Counted from the first letter of the stretch, positions 1-13,800 are shown. The stretch is DNA of 64,000 nt from Eutreptiella sp. 'Long Island Sound 2002' (GCA_964036045.1 OZ038379.1:10974001-11038000), one strand, 5' to 3'. The notes: generated by a model from the letters alone, not told the origin. Program-made: numbers and translations.

Positions 1-133
1 CACTTTGTGACGGATTGCATTTGTACATCCACATTAGAACAACAAGCTTCAACACAAAATAAACAAAGTTCTCGCTTCTAATTCACCGCATGTCCGTACG
101 CATTACCATAAATAGATAGACAAAGCCTGAACT

Positions 134-2240
134 TTGCTGTTTCCTGTGTTTGTCCAATGTGCCAGAAGAATTATCATCTCTCGTCTTCTTGTTTGTTTAC
201 CCTTCAGACCCTCTTTTCCTATTTCGCATCTCGGGATGGGTGGTGATGTATGGATGCGCCGCCTCGGTCCGGTCGCTCCCGAGGGTGCCGATTGGATGCA
301 TTTCAGCAATGCCGCGGCTGCCCTCCGGTACCTACACTCCCCCGACGGTGGGTCATTGACGAAGTTGGCCCACATCCAAGTCATGCGCGCCGCCAAGTCG
401 GATGGCACGCGCGATGGCTGGGCCTTCACCCTCAAGAAGCCGGCGTCTAGTTCAGGCGCATCGGCTGCCCCACCTCCGTCGTCCTCACGTGCCACCCCCT
501 CCCTAAGTCCTTTTCTTCTTGTTCCGGTAAGGTGTGCATGTTGTGGTGCAAACATTTGTGGCACCAAGTATTCTTGTCAGAGGTGCCACAAGGTGGTTGA
601 TGAGGCGTGCATGACCATGGTTGGATCAACCGTGCATTGCTTCTCGTGCACCTGCCGTGCCTGTGGACAGGAAGTGTCCACGCCTGATGTGGAATGCCAC
701 ACGTGTCATTTCCGCGTATGTCCAGGGTGCACCACAGATGGTATTTGCACCTCCTGTGTTGAGAGGTGCCGGCCGTCTGACCCCCCTCCCCCAAGAAACG
801 GCAGTTCAGAAGGGAGTGGCTTCTTACCCGGTCTTGGCTAAGGTATGAGGCTACTACGGACAAGATGTGGTGCATTGCATGTAAACAGTATCCTCAACTT
901 GGCCACTCTGTTCCCTTCGTGCAAGGTACTTCAAACTTCATGTTGTGCACCCTTAAGCATCACCAGCGGTCGGGCTCACACGCTGTGTCCTTGGCCTTGT
1001 GGCAATCAGGTGGTCGGGTGACGTCGGTCATTAAAACCTTGCCCCCTCATGTGCTACAGGGCATCCTGGTCCTATTCAGGACCGTGTACAGGATTGTGCA
1101 CCGCGCTGGTCCCCTCAGTCATGTGGAAGGGGATGCCGAGCTCGTGTCACTCAATGGAGGCACAATTATCCCAAGTTATCGTTCACCCTTCTCGGCTAGG
1201 GAGGTGCTGCGCTTTATTTCCCAACCATTTCGCATTTCCCAGGGTCTAGTAATCAAGGAGTCTTCTTTTTTCTCCATCGCATCAGACTCGTGCACAGACC
1301 GCGCAGCAAAGAAAGAAGAGCTTTTTTATGTTCGTGCCGTCGTTGATGGAGTGATGGCTACCAATTATTTCTCTTGCCAACCCCTCCCCTCCGGCACCGC
1401 TCCAGGAATAGTTACTGCATTGAAACGGGCAATGGCCCATGCAGACGTGGATCTTGATGTTTGGATCCGTAAGCTCTTTTTCTACTGTGGGGATGGGGCC
1501 AGTGTGGTTCAGGGCGAATGTGGTGGGATTATCCGCATCATCGGCGACTTGCAGAAGGAGATCGCAGGCTATGATGTGGTGGTGCCATATCACGCATCGT
1601 GTCACAGATGCGAGCTGGCCTTTAAGGCCGCCATCGCCTCCGACCATGCGTTTCTTGATCTACTTGCTGACACGTTGCAGTGTGTTGCGCTGTTTTGGAA
1701 TAATGCTCCCTCTAGGCTCAAGACATTGCATGCATTGGCTCTCGCCCTCGATGCCGCATTCTTGAAATTAGGGGATCTGCACACTCGTCGCTGGTGTGCT
1801 TTTGCAGCAGATGCCTTGCGCCGTATGAAGCGGTGCTATGTGATTGTTGTCCTTGGTTTGCGTGAGGTACACCTGAGCAAGGCAGTCCACAAAGAACAAA
1901 GAGATGCTTTGCTTTTTGCACTCACGAACGAGGTGTTTCTATGTGGTCTGTTTTTTATGCTGGATGTTGTGCAGGCTTCAGCCCTAATGTCCCAGGGAAT
2001 CCAGGTGACGAAGAGGTGCTCTGCTCTGATTGATCACAGTGTGGAGGCATGCGTTGCTGAGTTGGACAAAGTAGCGCGATGGGAAGGTGATGAGTGGCTA
2101 GCATTCAATGCCGCTCTGGTTTCTCACGAGGGCTCCCATACACGGTTTTATGGTGTCCCCCTGCACAACAGCACCGGGCGCACAGAATTCATGTCGCAGG
2201 CAAGTGATTTTGTGGCGAGGGCACGTGATGAGTTGTGCTT
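134..2240 (+). mobile_element. Defective hAT-superfamily transposase (ZNF862/DUF4371-like) with N-terminal Cys-rich PHD-like fingers and a TTF-type zinc finger; frameshifted at ~781-792 and 3'-truncated
   Basis: The frame of ORF 865 is open from 781 and reads KKRQFRREWLLTRSWLRYEATTDKMWCIACKQYP...LKHHQRSGSH (ZnF_TTF). It continues through FSIASDSCTD (first catalytic D), YCGDGASV (second D), HASCHRCELA (CxxH-like motif) and LHTRRW. ORF 134-841 carries CACC-x9-CQRC...DEAC-x9-CFSC plus a second C4C4 cluster. The two frames meet in the C-run at 781-792. No SxxxERxFS (catalytic E) or dimerisation motif follows; the ORF runs into an acidic low-complexity tail after ~2240. Confidence 0.8.
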
Positions 2241-2656
2241 CTCAGGCCCCCCGGCGAGTCAATGCGTGGCGCCAGAGGACAACGTTATCAATGTGGACGA
2301 TGACGAACAAGACGAGGAGGAGAACGAGAGGGACGAGGGTGGTGAAGGGGAGGAGGGGCAGGAGGAAGAGGAGGGTGAGGGGGAGAGGCGCTTCTGCCTC
2401 GGGCAGGAGCACGACAGCAGGGCTGTCAGGGAGCGGGAGGGGAGTGAGTGGCCACCGGACTTCTAAAGCAACTGCAGTGGGGCAGTGGAGCCCGCGCACA
2501 TAAACAAATACAAAGATGTTCCGCATGTTTATGTTGTGCTCTTGTTTCATGTGCAGGGTATGGATTACAGGAAGGGATGAGCCAATATTATTATTCAGAT
2601 GCAAGCGCAAACAGCGGGGGAAAAAAAAACAAGGCACAGCGGAACAATCATTTCAG

Positions 2657-2736
2657 TTGAATGAAGGTCCCAAAAATAAACATTTGAATGAAGGTCCCAA
2701 AATTAAACATTTGAATGAAGGTCCCATAAATAAACA
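2657..2736. repeat. 27-bp tandem repeat x3 (TTGAATGAAGGTCCCAAAAATAAACAT)
   Basis: Copies start at 2657, 2684 and 2711. Confidence 0.95.
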
Positions 2737-4059
2737 AGGATTGGGAGCATCCAAAAATAAACAGCATGGGATTTGTTTTGTACCAAAGTTGAAGGCATAC
2801 AGACATATCTAAACATGTAGTAGAGAATTATACAGACCTCAATGGTACCAGCCACATGGAACAAAGTTGTGTCCTATGAACCTGCAATGAAAGGAATGGG
2901 TATAAGGAGGCAAGCAGCTGCAGAATGATCATTTTTGCAAACAATTTGTTTAAAAAAAACGGTAAAAAAACAACCAATTTTCACCAAAATAAACAAGTTA
3001 CTAGTCACTAGTCAAATGGCCTTTGGATAGTGTTTAATTAGAGCTTGCATCGTGGGGTCCACAACGGACATGGGGCACCCATTGAACGGCCAAGACGAGC
3101 CATCCGAACCACATGAGGTCCATCAACTAGCGCTGTAAGGCAATGGACACGTACATAGTGGCAGAGAAATTGGAGCAGCCGGGTGGGAAGATTGATGCCG
3201 TGGGGTCCACAATAGACATGGGGCACCAATTGAACGGCCACGACGGGATTGTACCCACGCGGGGTCCACTAGTTGCTTGCCCGGGTTCTCGCCCCTGTGC
3301 ATGGGGCCGACAAGAGACCCGGGTGGGGCGCTGCAACACGATACGTAGCTAAGAGTACTCAGGGGGTTTTGTAACCCTTAACGTTAATGCCACCCAACAC
3401 ACATAATCATGGTGTTCCCATCCATGGCATGACATGACTTTGGCACTAGTTGGCAGTCCTAATGGGCTATCCAAGGTACTAGCCCATCTCCTACATGCCA
3501 TTTGTGACATGTAGCTATCGGTGGCCCCTTTTCCATAGCATGCATTGCAGCACAAGTTCACGATTGAGCGAACAACATGCATTGCTGACGTGGGAATGAT
3601 GATGTGTGACATGGGAAGAAAAAAAATTTTTTGTAGGACCAACTTTTTTTTGTACCCCCCCCCCGCTCCCCTAGGGCTTCGAAAAAATATCCCACCCGGT
3701 AAAAAATCCCCCCCCCCCCAGCTGTCCGCACCACCTTTGTTTCCCATGTACTTGGTCCACACCACTTTATGGTGCACGCCTTTAATGCACAATTGGCATA
3801 ATGTGGACTTAGCAAGCATTGCTTTTGAGTGCAAACAAAATAAAATTGTGGCGGTGTTGCAAAGCACCGCAAGCACAAAAAGAACAAACAAATGTGATAC
3901 CAATGAGACATGCGTAGATAGCGGGTGTGACTCAAGAAGGCAAACGGCCCTCCATCCAATTCAATCCTATTGAATTGAAAGGTAGAGTCTAGCAGCCTTG
4001 TAAGAGTTCCCCAACACCAGTACCATGCTGTGCCGGCATAGCCTTGTGCCACAAAGCCC

Positions 4060-4590
4060 CTACTGTGTTGGGGTGTTTATGGCAGGGAGGGATCACAAAG
4101 ATCAAGAGTGGTAGCATAACTACTGCCAGCTTGGGGTCCCCAAGATGCAGAGGAATCAAACGTGGCTCCAAAACCTGTCCCATCTCAAGGTCCATAGATG
4201 GGGAAGAATCACAAGTGGTTGCATAACCCCTGCTGTACATAACCCTTGCCGTCTTGGGGTCCCTAGACTGGGGAGAAATCACAAGTGGCTACATATCTCT
4301 TGCTATCTAGGAGTCCCTAGAATGAGGAAAAATCAAAAGTGGTTGCAGAACTGCTGCTGTTTCTGAGTCCCTAAATTAGGCAGGAATCAAAGAGACATGA
4401 CCCTTGCCGTCTCGAGGTCCCCAAAATGGGGGGAAATCAACAGTGGTGGCAGACCCCCAACTTTCTCCGGGTCCAAAGAGCCTTCATATCTGCTGCCGTC
4501 CTAGGATCCCCAAAGTGGGCTGGAATCAAAAGTGGCTACATAACCCCTGCTGTCTTGGAGTCCCCGAGATGGGGAGAAATGAAAAGTTGC
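4060..4590. repeat. Degenerate ~55-60-bp tandem repeat (AATCAxAAGTGGCTACATAACCCCTGC...GTCCC family)
   Basis: AATCA(C/A)AAGTGG(T/C)T(G/A)CA...GGGGTCCC units recur throughout. The motif is related to 23620-23850 and 42157-42545. Confidence 0.75.
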
Positions 4591-5173
4591 TGCATAGATC
4601 AGCTGTTTCGTACTCAGTTCGGGGTGTGACAGTCGTGGATATTACTGAGTGGCACGTACGGCGGAACCATTCCTCACAAAACTGAGTTTCTTGCAGGCAC
4701 TGGTCGAAATTCAGTCTTGAGTGTACCGGAAAAAAACAAGTGAGGCGTCAAACAACAATCATGCCGGATGCTAGTAGGCTTCGTTCTGCTAGAACGTATC
4801 CAGAGCGTGAATTCGTTGTCAGCCAAGCGCACAGTGTGCAACTCTGCAAGGCATGTCTGCTGGGGCGGTGCCTGTTGACCAACACCAGTGCATCGCTCAC
4901 CCCTCATATCATAGTGCCCCCTTGAGATCCCAGCGCGCAGCCCAGGGCATTTGTTAGTGAACGATTTCTGGAAGAAAAAAAAAACAACGCCGACCTCCAA
5001 CCGCTATCGGGTACCTTCTTACTGCTATTGGATACCCCTGTCCAATTGTGTACCTAATGAGGCGGTGACTGGATCGCCTGATTTGATGTTGTTTCGATGA
5101 AAAAGCGTCCTGTACAGCCCCCTCTGCTTTGTTTGTCGCAGCTGTCTTCCTCCTGGGGGTACAGGCGTCACTT

Positions 5174-5494
5174 ATGATTGGTACCCGTTTCTCTTGGAGG
5201 CCCTACAGGGCCGCCGCGAAGCTCATCACGCGGGCTAGCTACACCACCGACAATGGCACCACAAAGTTCCCGACCACCGAGTCCAAGGCCAGTTATGGAC
5301 TGGGGCTGAAGATTGGGGTCGATCTGGCCAACACCTCATTCAAGGGCGTGGACGAGACTGCTTTGTACGAGGGGATCTCCGATGGTTTGCACGGTCGTAC
5401 AACACAGGTGGAAGTGGAGACGCTCCGGGCAGCGTTGACTAAGGTGCAGCAGGCCATGCGCGAGGCTGATGCTGAGAAGAAGCAGCCCGAAGAG
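5174..5494 (+). CDS. Mip/FkpA-type FKBP peptidyl-prolyl isomerase, exon 1 (presequence-like N-terminus plus FKBP_N dimerisation domain)
   Basis: ATG at 5174. TESKASYGLGLKIGVDL...VDETALYEGISDGL matches FKBP_N. The exon ends KKQPEE at a phase-0 GT donor (5495). Confidence 0.85.
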
Positions 5495-6489
5495 GTGACA
5501 AATCCGGTGCACACGGCAAGGCTTTTTGTGTTGTTTTTGATGTTAACAAACGCCGACCTCTGCCGTCAGTTACCACCTTCGGTGAATCTTCAACTGCCGT
5601 CGGTTTTCCTCCAACCGGCGTTGTTTGCCTTTCAAGTGCTGTCCAATTGTATCCCCAAATAATAAGCTGGCTACTGAACAGCCCGAGTTTTTTTTTGTCT
5701 TAATTAAAAAACATCATGGCACACAGGAGGCCCCTTGGCCTTCAAGCAGCCCCCATCCCCATCCTCTTCCAACCACCTGACGTCTAACCCACAGGGGGGG
5801 TATCACGTGTGGGGCCGGATCCCCACCCCTCAAAGACCCCCCAACCTGCACCCGTGGGCAACAGCAGGTGCCAATGGGGCGGGGGAGGGGAGTGCGTCAG
5901 ACATGCCACAGACGGCACGGGCGTGGCACAGGCCTGTGGGGCAACAGAGCTGACGAAGGTGTGGCAGGTGGAGAATGGAAAAATGGGATTTTACTCCCCA
6001 ACGTGTGTGTATTCACAATGCTCAGAGCAAAACGGCGAAGTCAAAAATGTCGTCAACAGAAAATTATTTTTTGGGGCCCCACCCCCAACCCCCCAACTCT
6101 CTCCGGAACCCGACAGTTACTGCTTGTAGGGAGGGAAGCCCGTAAAGAGGAGGCATTTCAGGGAGCTCACAGGTCTTGAGCTGTAGCTGGTTCGGTGGTT
6201 TTTGGTTGGTTGCAGGGTGTTTGGGCAGCATTTTGCGCTTTCAACCGCAATTTGGCCCATTTGATCCTGTCCGTGCATTGTGCATGCTGGTGTCTTTTTG
6301 TGTGTGTGGCCCCCCCTTCCGTAGGTCCTGTACGTTGTGGTTCTGTGTTGAACCCCCCCCCCCCCTTTGCGGCCCCTAACAGAGCCAACCACCAAGGCCT
6401 TGTGCCAACCCCCCCCCCCCCCCCTTGCGAGACTCTGACAGTGCGGTTTCGACAGTGCGCCTTTCGCACACCAATTTGCACTGTCCCTC

Positions 6490-6625
6490 CTGCCACTCTT
6501 TTTTGAAGTGATGTGCCTTTGAGTGGTAGCAATCCAGTATCTCTTGGTAGGTGAGGGTGTTCAACATGGTAAGTCTACCAAAGGTTCCATCTACACCTTC
6601 GCTTAGCTCACCGTCATTAGGTTGT
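6490..6625 (+). repeat. Dispersed intronic repeat (~135 bp); also at ~57792-57930 with a partial copy at ~57580-57625
   Basis: The copies share CCACTC..TTTTTGAA...GCCTTTGAGTGGT.GCAATCCAGTA...AACATGGTAAGTCTACCAAAGG..CCA.....TTCGCTTAG.TC. Confidence 0.85.
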
Positions 6626-7444
6626 ACCTCCTCTTGCAATACCCTGAACGCCCCCTCGCCATTGTAGGGGGTCATTTGCCCTTTTGTTTTTGGCAGTCAT
6701 GGCTTCGTCTCATCTCGTAGCCACCCATGGGGGACATCTGACGCGGTGCAGCGCAAGCACCGCAAATATAAGGGCAACTGGGGGCAGCCCGGCAAGAGTG
6801 GTAAGAGTAAGCACAGTGGCCGGTGCAAACCCCCTTCTGACCAGTGCTATTTCACCCAAACAACTCCAAGTGTTGCCTTTTTCAGATGCCCGCACCCCAC
6901 CTCACTCCTGGCAGGGGTTCTCAAGTTGGTAGGGCAACAGGGCCCTGCAGACACCTGCACTGCATCATGACTCATGCGCCCTTGTTTCCGGGTTTGAATC
7001 TCAAGATTCGAAGGTCGCACTCCATCGGCGCCAGGAGTAAAGCCGCGGCCTCCGAACACTCCAAAAGACCCCCCTGGTCGAGAGTCCGCACCCGGGGGTC
7101 TGACACTGATGGTTAGACACATGCCCTGTCGTGCGCTCGTATGTCGGCGGGTGGTCCTCAGAGGGGACTCATGCCCCGAAGTCAGGCCTGCGCTTGAAGG
7201 GGGTGTTGTCCCCCCCATCCCCCCATTCGGTGATGATCGTCAGTTCCGCCCCAACCACTTCTGACTGCCCCCAAATGCCCTCCAATCGTTTTGCAACCGC
7301 CAGCACGGCTACTGAAACTGCCTTCCAACCGCCAGTAACCGCACCGGCAGGCCCCTTTTTAAACTCCCCTTCAGCCTCCCTCCCCCTCAACCGCAGCCCC
7401 TCCAGAAGTGCCCACCCGCTCCACCTGCCCAACGCCTCCGGCAG

Positions 7445-7813
7445 GACTTCCTGAGGATCAATGGTGCTCGGGAAGGGGTGGCCACCACCGCCTCCGGGCT
7501 GCAGTTCGAGGTCCTGCAGACCGGCACCGGGGCGACCCCTGGGGCCACGAGCACCATCAAGGCCCACTACAAGGGCACCCTCATCGACGGCACCGAGTTC
7601 GACAGCTCCTACAAACGGGGCGAGCCCATGACGTTTCAGGTGGACCGGGTGATCAAGGGCTGGACGGAGGCCCTGTGTCTGATGCAGGTTGGCGCCACGT
7701 GGCGGCTGTACATCCCCTCGGACTTGGCGTACGGGGAGCGCGGTGCAGGGGACGTGATCCTGCCTTTCAGCACACTGATCTTTGACGTAGAGCTGCTGGA
7801 GATTGTGGAGTAA
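7445..7813 (+). CDS. Mip/FkpA-type FKBP, exon 2 (catalytic FKBP_C domain)
   Basis: A CAG acceptor at 7442-7444 is followed by [24 protein letters not shown]...[21 protein letters not shown]...VIKGWTEAL...IPSDLAYG...LIFDVELL, then TAA. Phase 0 matches exon 1 (intron 5495-7444, GT..AG). Confidence 0.92.
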   Translation, partial: DFLRINGAREGVATTASGLQFEVLQTGTGATPGATSTIKAHYKGTLIDGTEFDSSYKRGEPMTFQVDRVIKGWTEALCLMQVGATWRLYIPSDLAYGERGAGDVILPFSTLIFDVELLEIVE

Positions 7814-10800
7814 GCATTGCGGGGGGGCACTGAGGCTTCCCTGGCAAATCTGCCGTGTCCAGCAACTCCAGGGCGTGGGGATCCCTCCTCCGGGGCCACA
7901 GATTGGATGTGGGCAGATCATCCTGAGTCTGAGATCCGATGCGGGTGGGTGATACTGAGACTCGTATCGGACGTGGGTGGATCCTACTCAATTTGAGTCA
8001 GATGCGGGCCGGGCCCCCACCAGACTGTCGGACAGCTTGCTCTGAACGGCTTAATTGCAGTGGCAACAGACCCTTTAGACCCCAATGCTCCAACGATCCC
8101 GATGGAAGGTGTGCACAACAAAGCGTCTCAAGAGATTTATATCTGACGCGCGTAACACTCACGCGGCGTTATGCCACAAGCGCATGTGTTCTGCATCAGG
8201 ACAGTGGCTTTCCGCTTCTGTCGCCCAAACTCCTGAATACCTTCTGGGGCTGCGCCACATCTTCAACTGGGGTGCTCTCCCGGCGGCTCTGCGGGCCCTT
8301 CAGCAGCATTTGTGTTGCTTCAGCATAGGGCCCACTATTCACTCGCTCTGGGCCTGCTGGGGCCTTCATGGCACTACAGGGGTCATGTCCACGGTGCACA
8401 TCACTATGAGCTCTCGATAGCAGCAGATTTTACTGAGTGGCCCGTGGCACTAATGCCTACCAGAACTCAGTCCCCCTGCCGGACACTAGACCCCCCCCCC
8501 CCCCCCCACACACACATAGTGCAGTGCAGTGCGCGGATATCAGTGGTGCTGGTGGAGGATCCACACGCACACACAGCGACGAAGGGGGGAAGGTCTCCAG
8601 CCCCAGGCTGCATTTGGAAACAAGAGGCCGAAGGAAACAAGAGGCAATTGTGAGCAGTGGCACAGACATTCCTGAGGCCATCCCCAGCGCTGAGGTGCAC
8701 GCACGTTGCGCAACTCTGTGTCTCCATGGCATCCTCATGCTCGACCAGCAACAACCTCCAACGTATGCTTCTCCATTTCCTGCATGCTTGGTCACACTTG
8801 GGCCGACATCCCACGAAGAACTTTGCTCCACTCAGTCTGGAGTGGGAAGATGTCTATGGGTTGTCCCATGGTTGATGACACTTGGGCCCATTTTACTACC
8901 ATGGCGTGTGTCCGCGTCTTTGTTGACAAGTATGATAGTTCACTCGTTTCTGAGGCCACAGAAATCCTTCCAACAGATTGCAGGTCCTGCCTGACATGTC
9001 ACATGGCGCCACAGAGTCCAACGCGAGAGTATCATTGGTGTGTCAGAAAAGTTCACTGACCAGCTGATGCGCCCACCTAAGCTGATCTTGGCACAACAAG
9101 GAGCGGGACACGGGGGAAAGGGGAACTGTCAGTTGGTGTAGGATTTATGGCCTGTGCTGCTGGAACGGATTATAATTGTCGCTTGGCAAGGGTGATTGTA
9201 CCATTCTATCAGGCCTTGGAATCATCTGCTAGGGTGGACTTGGTGCTAGAGGAGTGCCCTGCAGGGGAATGCATACAGTTTGGGAAAGGGATGGGGTAGA
9301 GGCTTGGGACAAGCTTGTGGACAGGATTTGGGGGTTTCCTGACAGGGTCCAGGCCACGGTTCGGGATTACAGCCAGGGGGTGGGGCCAGTGAAGGGGTTG
9401 GTATAGGGATTGGCAAAGGTTTGGGCAAGGGATTGGTCTGGGGCTTTGGACGGGGTTGCTGAGAGGGCTGTGTGGATGTGTTTGCAGAAGGGTTTCCGAT
9501 GGGATTCCGGATTGGGTTTGGGACAGGGACTCAGCCTAGTTTGGCACCAGGATTACTGACATGGTTTGGGATGTGGTTTGCACCGGTGTTGGGTATGGGG
9601 TTAGGGCAGGGTTTCATAGTCTGGGACAGCACCTTGCTTACCCTTCTACAGTTGCGTGTCAAGTCTGCTTTGTGGAAAGTTTGAAGCTTTTGGTAAGTAG
9701 GGAGCAAATAAATGGCTTCTCAATGGGAGCCCCCGCATGGATAGCATGGAGGCAGAGAGCAAAGGGAACATGAATCAGCAAAACTGGTTGTTTTTTGTAA
9801 AGATAAGATAAGTAGTTCCGTAAAATAAGAGACATGATCTCAGTATACATGTGTTGCAAATTCGCATATCCAATTATGCACAATGTAGTTGAGTAAAATT
9901 TGCATTTGGCAAGAGATTTCCAAGAAGTACAATCCTTATTTTTTTTTTTGCATTCCAAAATGCATGTTTGTGCAATATGGACAATTGTATGGAGCGATAT
10001 CATGGAGCCAAATCCTGTTTTGATGAGTGGAAGGACAATTTGTACAAAAACATGCAGCCTATAAATGTCATGGTGTTAACACACAAGCTGCCGCCACCAA
10101 ATGTTATCACAAAGGATCATACTTAGGTGACAAAGTTTTTGGCAGACATAAGTTAACTTACTACGAAACAAAAACTCGTTGGAGGTCTACACGCAATGGC
10201 CAAAAGAATTTCATGTGTGAGTCTGTGCTCTCCATTGGAGCATGGTAAGGCTTGATTCATGTTTAGAGAACCTTCTGCATGTGGTACAAAAAGGTAGGTT
10301 ACATGCTACACAAAGGGAAAAGTGCGGAGATATGTCCAATCTTTGTATGTAAAGATGTGTTGAACAGACATCATGTGTTGGTGAATGCTGCAATCGTAGC
10401 TTATGTTCTAAACAGAAGCACTTCTGAAAACAGTACAAGTGTTAAACCTGCGCTGCATTGGACGGTTTCCGGCGATGGTCCAAATTGGTGTCTTTGATAA
10501 GGGGCAATTGAATGTGTTCTACAAAACATCTCTCTGTTTTTTGCATTCCGAAGGACAAGTTTAGCGCAAAGAGATGTGTATCACCAACCCAACCACCAGC
10601 GCAGCTCGCACATTGTTTTGACCAATACGGCCGAGTACCCAGCAACATGCAACCCTTTTTGACCGCCGGGCATTATGCCAACCTTGCAGTATAGGATGTT
10701 GTTGCCAAACTAGTTGTCAACCCGCTCATCCTTGGCTCACGGTGTGAAATCTTCGGCATTTCGTAGAAAGGCTGCTTTTTGGAGCACACCATGACCCCTA

Positions 10801-13800
10801 TTGGCCCAGTAATAACTTGTGAGTTGCAAGCTAGGGTAAGATCTCAGTAAGAAAAAGTGTATTTCAATGCCTTTGGGGATAGCTTTAGTTGTATTAAAGA
10901 TGCCTTGAGGCTGTTGATGTGAGAGATATATGGCAAATGTGGAGCAATGTTGCTCATGCCAATGGTGAGTGGAGGGCATGCATAGAAATGGATGCATATA
11001 TGGGAATGGAATGGCAATACATACATGACATGACAATATCATACAAGCATGCACATGATATGATACATGGTAGATGGACAGGCCCTAGTGGAGCACATGT
11101 GCACTCCTATAGGTGGCAACTATTGCCAGGCATTCATGGGTAATTCCTACCCAAGTCAACCGACACATCAAGATGTATAACAAGATGAAATCATGGTGCA
11201 TGTGGTATGAGGTCGATTCATTTGTTGTTATGTCATTTTTTCCATATTATTATAACTATGCAGCCCTTTGTTGATGATTCTGGACCTATTTGAATTTCGA
11301 GATCGTGTTCTGGCCTTGCTCGTCGCCGCCGCCGCTCCTGCGCTTCATCTTTTTCTTGCTTGTTTTTGGAGTTTTAACAGAGGCATATCACATTTTTATC
11401 TTAGCATTGGCCCCACCAAAATGAGGATAATGCATTTTCACCTATAAAACCAAGCACTAATCAATGGATGTTGTGAGGACCAAATACTGGACCCCTAACC
11501 CTCCAACTATTTTGATTTTATCATAGGACCCTGAGATTACTGAGGCACTGCTCTGGCTCAGAGCATATAAATTTTTATCTATTTTTTCATGAATGCCTAC
11601 TTATCCTAGTGGTGTGCATCCTAGAGGGCTGTGGTACCTCTTTTGGATGGGTCCTAGGTTCAATTCCCAGCCAGCCTAGCTAAGTAGGAAGATCGCAAGT
11701 GACATGGCAGTGACCTCAGTGCCACAAGCTATGCCACCTCAGCACCTAACGGACCAAAAACAAAGGCTACACTGACCCTGCCTCAGAGAGGATACCCATG
11801 AGGGCAGTTTTCTATGTTGATTTGTTTGTTTTCTACCTATCTTTTCTAATAGGCAGTCACAGTTTGATCCATTGTTGTGAATACTTTGTACATGTATTTC
11901 CCTTTGACTGCAGCCCTTCATGTCTGGAGTATAAGATCCTGAATTGTGCCGTACTCGGACCGTGGATTGGGTCTTTTCCCTGGTTTCCAAAGTACGCAAA
12001 AACAAGAGGAGCAGGCAAGCAGCAAGATACAAGCAGAAGCACATCAACACAAAAACAATCATTGAAAGCATAACAATTTCTGTCCCATGGATGCATCATG
12101 CTACCCTCTTTGTCTATGGCTTTGACCATTTTGGGTCTTTGTGAAACTTTGGAAAAGGCGCCTTTCTGATTCTCTATTGTCACGTAGCTTGATACGGATT
12201 TAAGATCTCTTTCAATATATGCGCCAAAGGCAAAGAAGTTAGGTTTTCAGAACTGCTCCGGGCCTCACAGGCCATACGCTAGATTTGGGACAAATGAACA
12301 GCCGAGCCACTTGCACTACTTAGCGTATTCAGACAGCATAGTTCAAAATGCTATCGTCATAAGATTCCAAACTAAGCTTACAAAGTCATAGAGGTAAGAT
12401 TATGTATGTCATCACAAATGCCGAATATTGGACCGGCAAGAATGATTGCACGGTTCGATCAGCCTCAACGGGGCTCATCTGCACTCTTCCTGCCTTTTCG
12501 ATGAAAAACATCGGTCCGGCATTCGCACCCCCTTCATCCTTCAACTCATCCCCCCGCCCTCCGGACATTGTTGCAACTCAAGTTCATGACTAATACGGAA
12601 AAAATTATTGAAATAATGCGGGTAGTTAGATTGTAGCTGTATCCGTCCAGGCTATTGTTCCTTAATTTTTTTTGGTGTGCATAAGTGCTTTTCGGTGATA
12701 CATTGTATACATTTTTGTGGGCCGTTTCTTTGATTTGTGATGCATGGGCATAACTTTTTGGGGTGCACAACACGAAAGCAACCTTAGTAGGGGTGTAAAA
12801 GTGGTCATGGCGAGCTAAACTTCATCAAGGACAACAACCATATGTATGGCAACTCAATGGATTAGACCCTGCAACATAGCAACAATCTTTTGAATGGTCT
12901 GGGTTGTCATGCCATCGGCTTCCTATTTTTATTGAGCGCAGAAAATAAAATGGTCCAAAAATTTTAGGTACATGGTGGCGGCAGAAGGGGTGGGAGGGAT
13001 GACTTTGGTGGGGTATGTGCAAGATGAACAAGAGATCATGTTTCGAGAAAGAAAAGGAGAAAACCCCCAAAGTTCCTATAAAATTAGTTTGAGGCGGAAA
13101 CTTGCCTGTCACAAGTAGAGCTTAGGTTGCTTCTATTTTGAAGGGTTGGGAGTTTGCGTCTTGTGTCCTTTGGTGGCAGGGGTTGGTGGGTAGATGCGGT
13201 GGGTGCCTTGGCAAGGGGCTTTAGGGCTTGGTGTTTCAATGTTTTTTTTTCTTTTATACTATGGACCTTGCTGAGTAGAGGTGTTGGTTGTGAGGATGTG
13301 TTAATGTTGTTTCTGTTGGAAAAGAGAAATTGGTGCGGGAAAGGAAGTGCTATAGATGGATGGGGATATTTCTAATAGTTGCTAACAAAGTCTCGTTAAA
13401 GTGTGTAGATGTGTGCAGACTTTAGTGTGCATTTGTGTTGCAAATAAGGAATATTTGGAGATAATACGGGAGTAGGTTGCCGAACGAGAACATTTGGAAT
13501 GAGAATTCGGTCGCAGTTGCTTCTGTCACCTAGTGATGCAACGGTCCCCTATCCTGTGTCAGTTTTGATGAAGAAAAAAAGTCCAAACATGCAATCGCAT
13601 TTGTTTGAGGTGTTCGGCATTGTAACATTGCAAAACATTGGTTATTGGGTCCAGGGAACGGTGTAGAAAGCATTTGGGGTGGTGGACAATGTTGCGAACA
13701 CTGGCCCGGTACCTTGCACAACAATGGACGGTTTGACCATTGAAAACGGAAATGAGAGAACCAAGATATGCATGAACACAAATCACTGCAAAAGCAGAGA

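Noticed and set aside
11600-11680. tRNA-like sequence (TAGTGG A-box-like, CT-GTG-GT loop, GGTTCAATTCCC B-box)
   Set aside because: There is no pairing acceptor stem and the T and anticodon stems are mismatched. At most a degenerate tRNA or SINE head, not a supportable tRNA gene.
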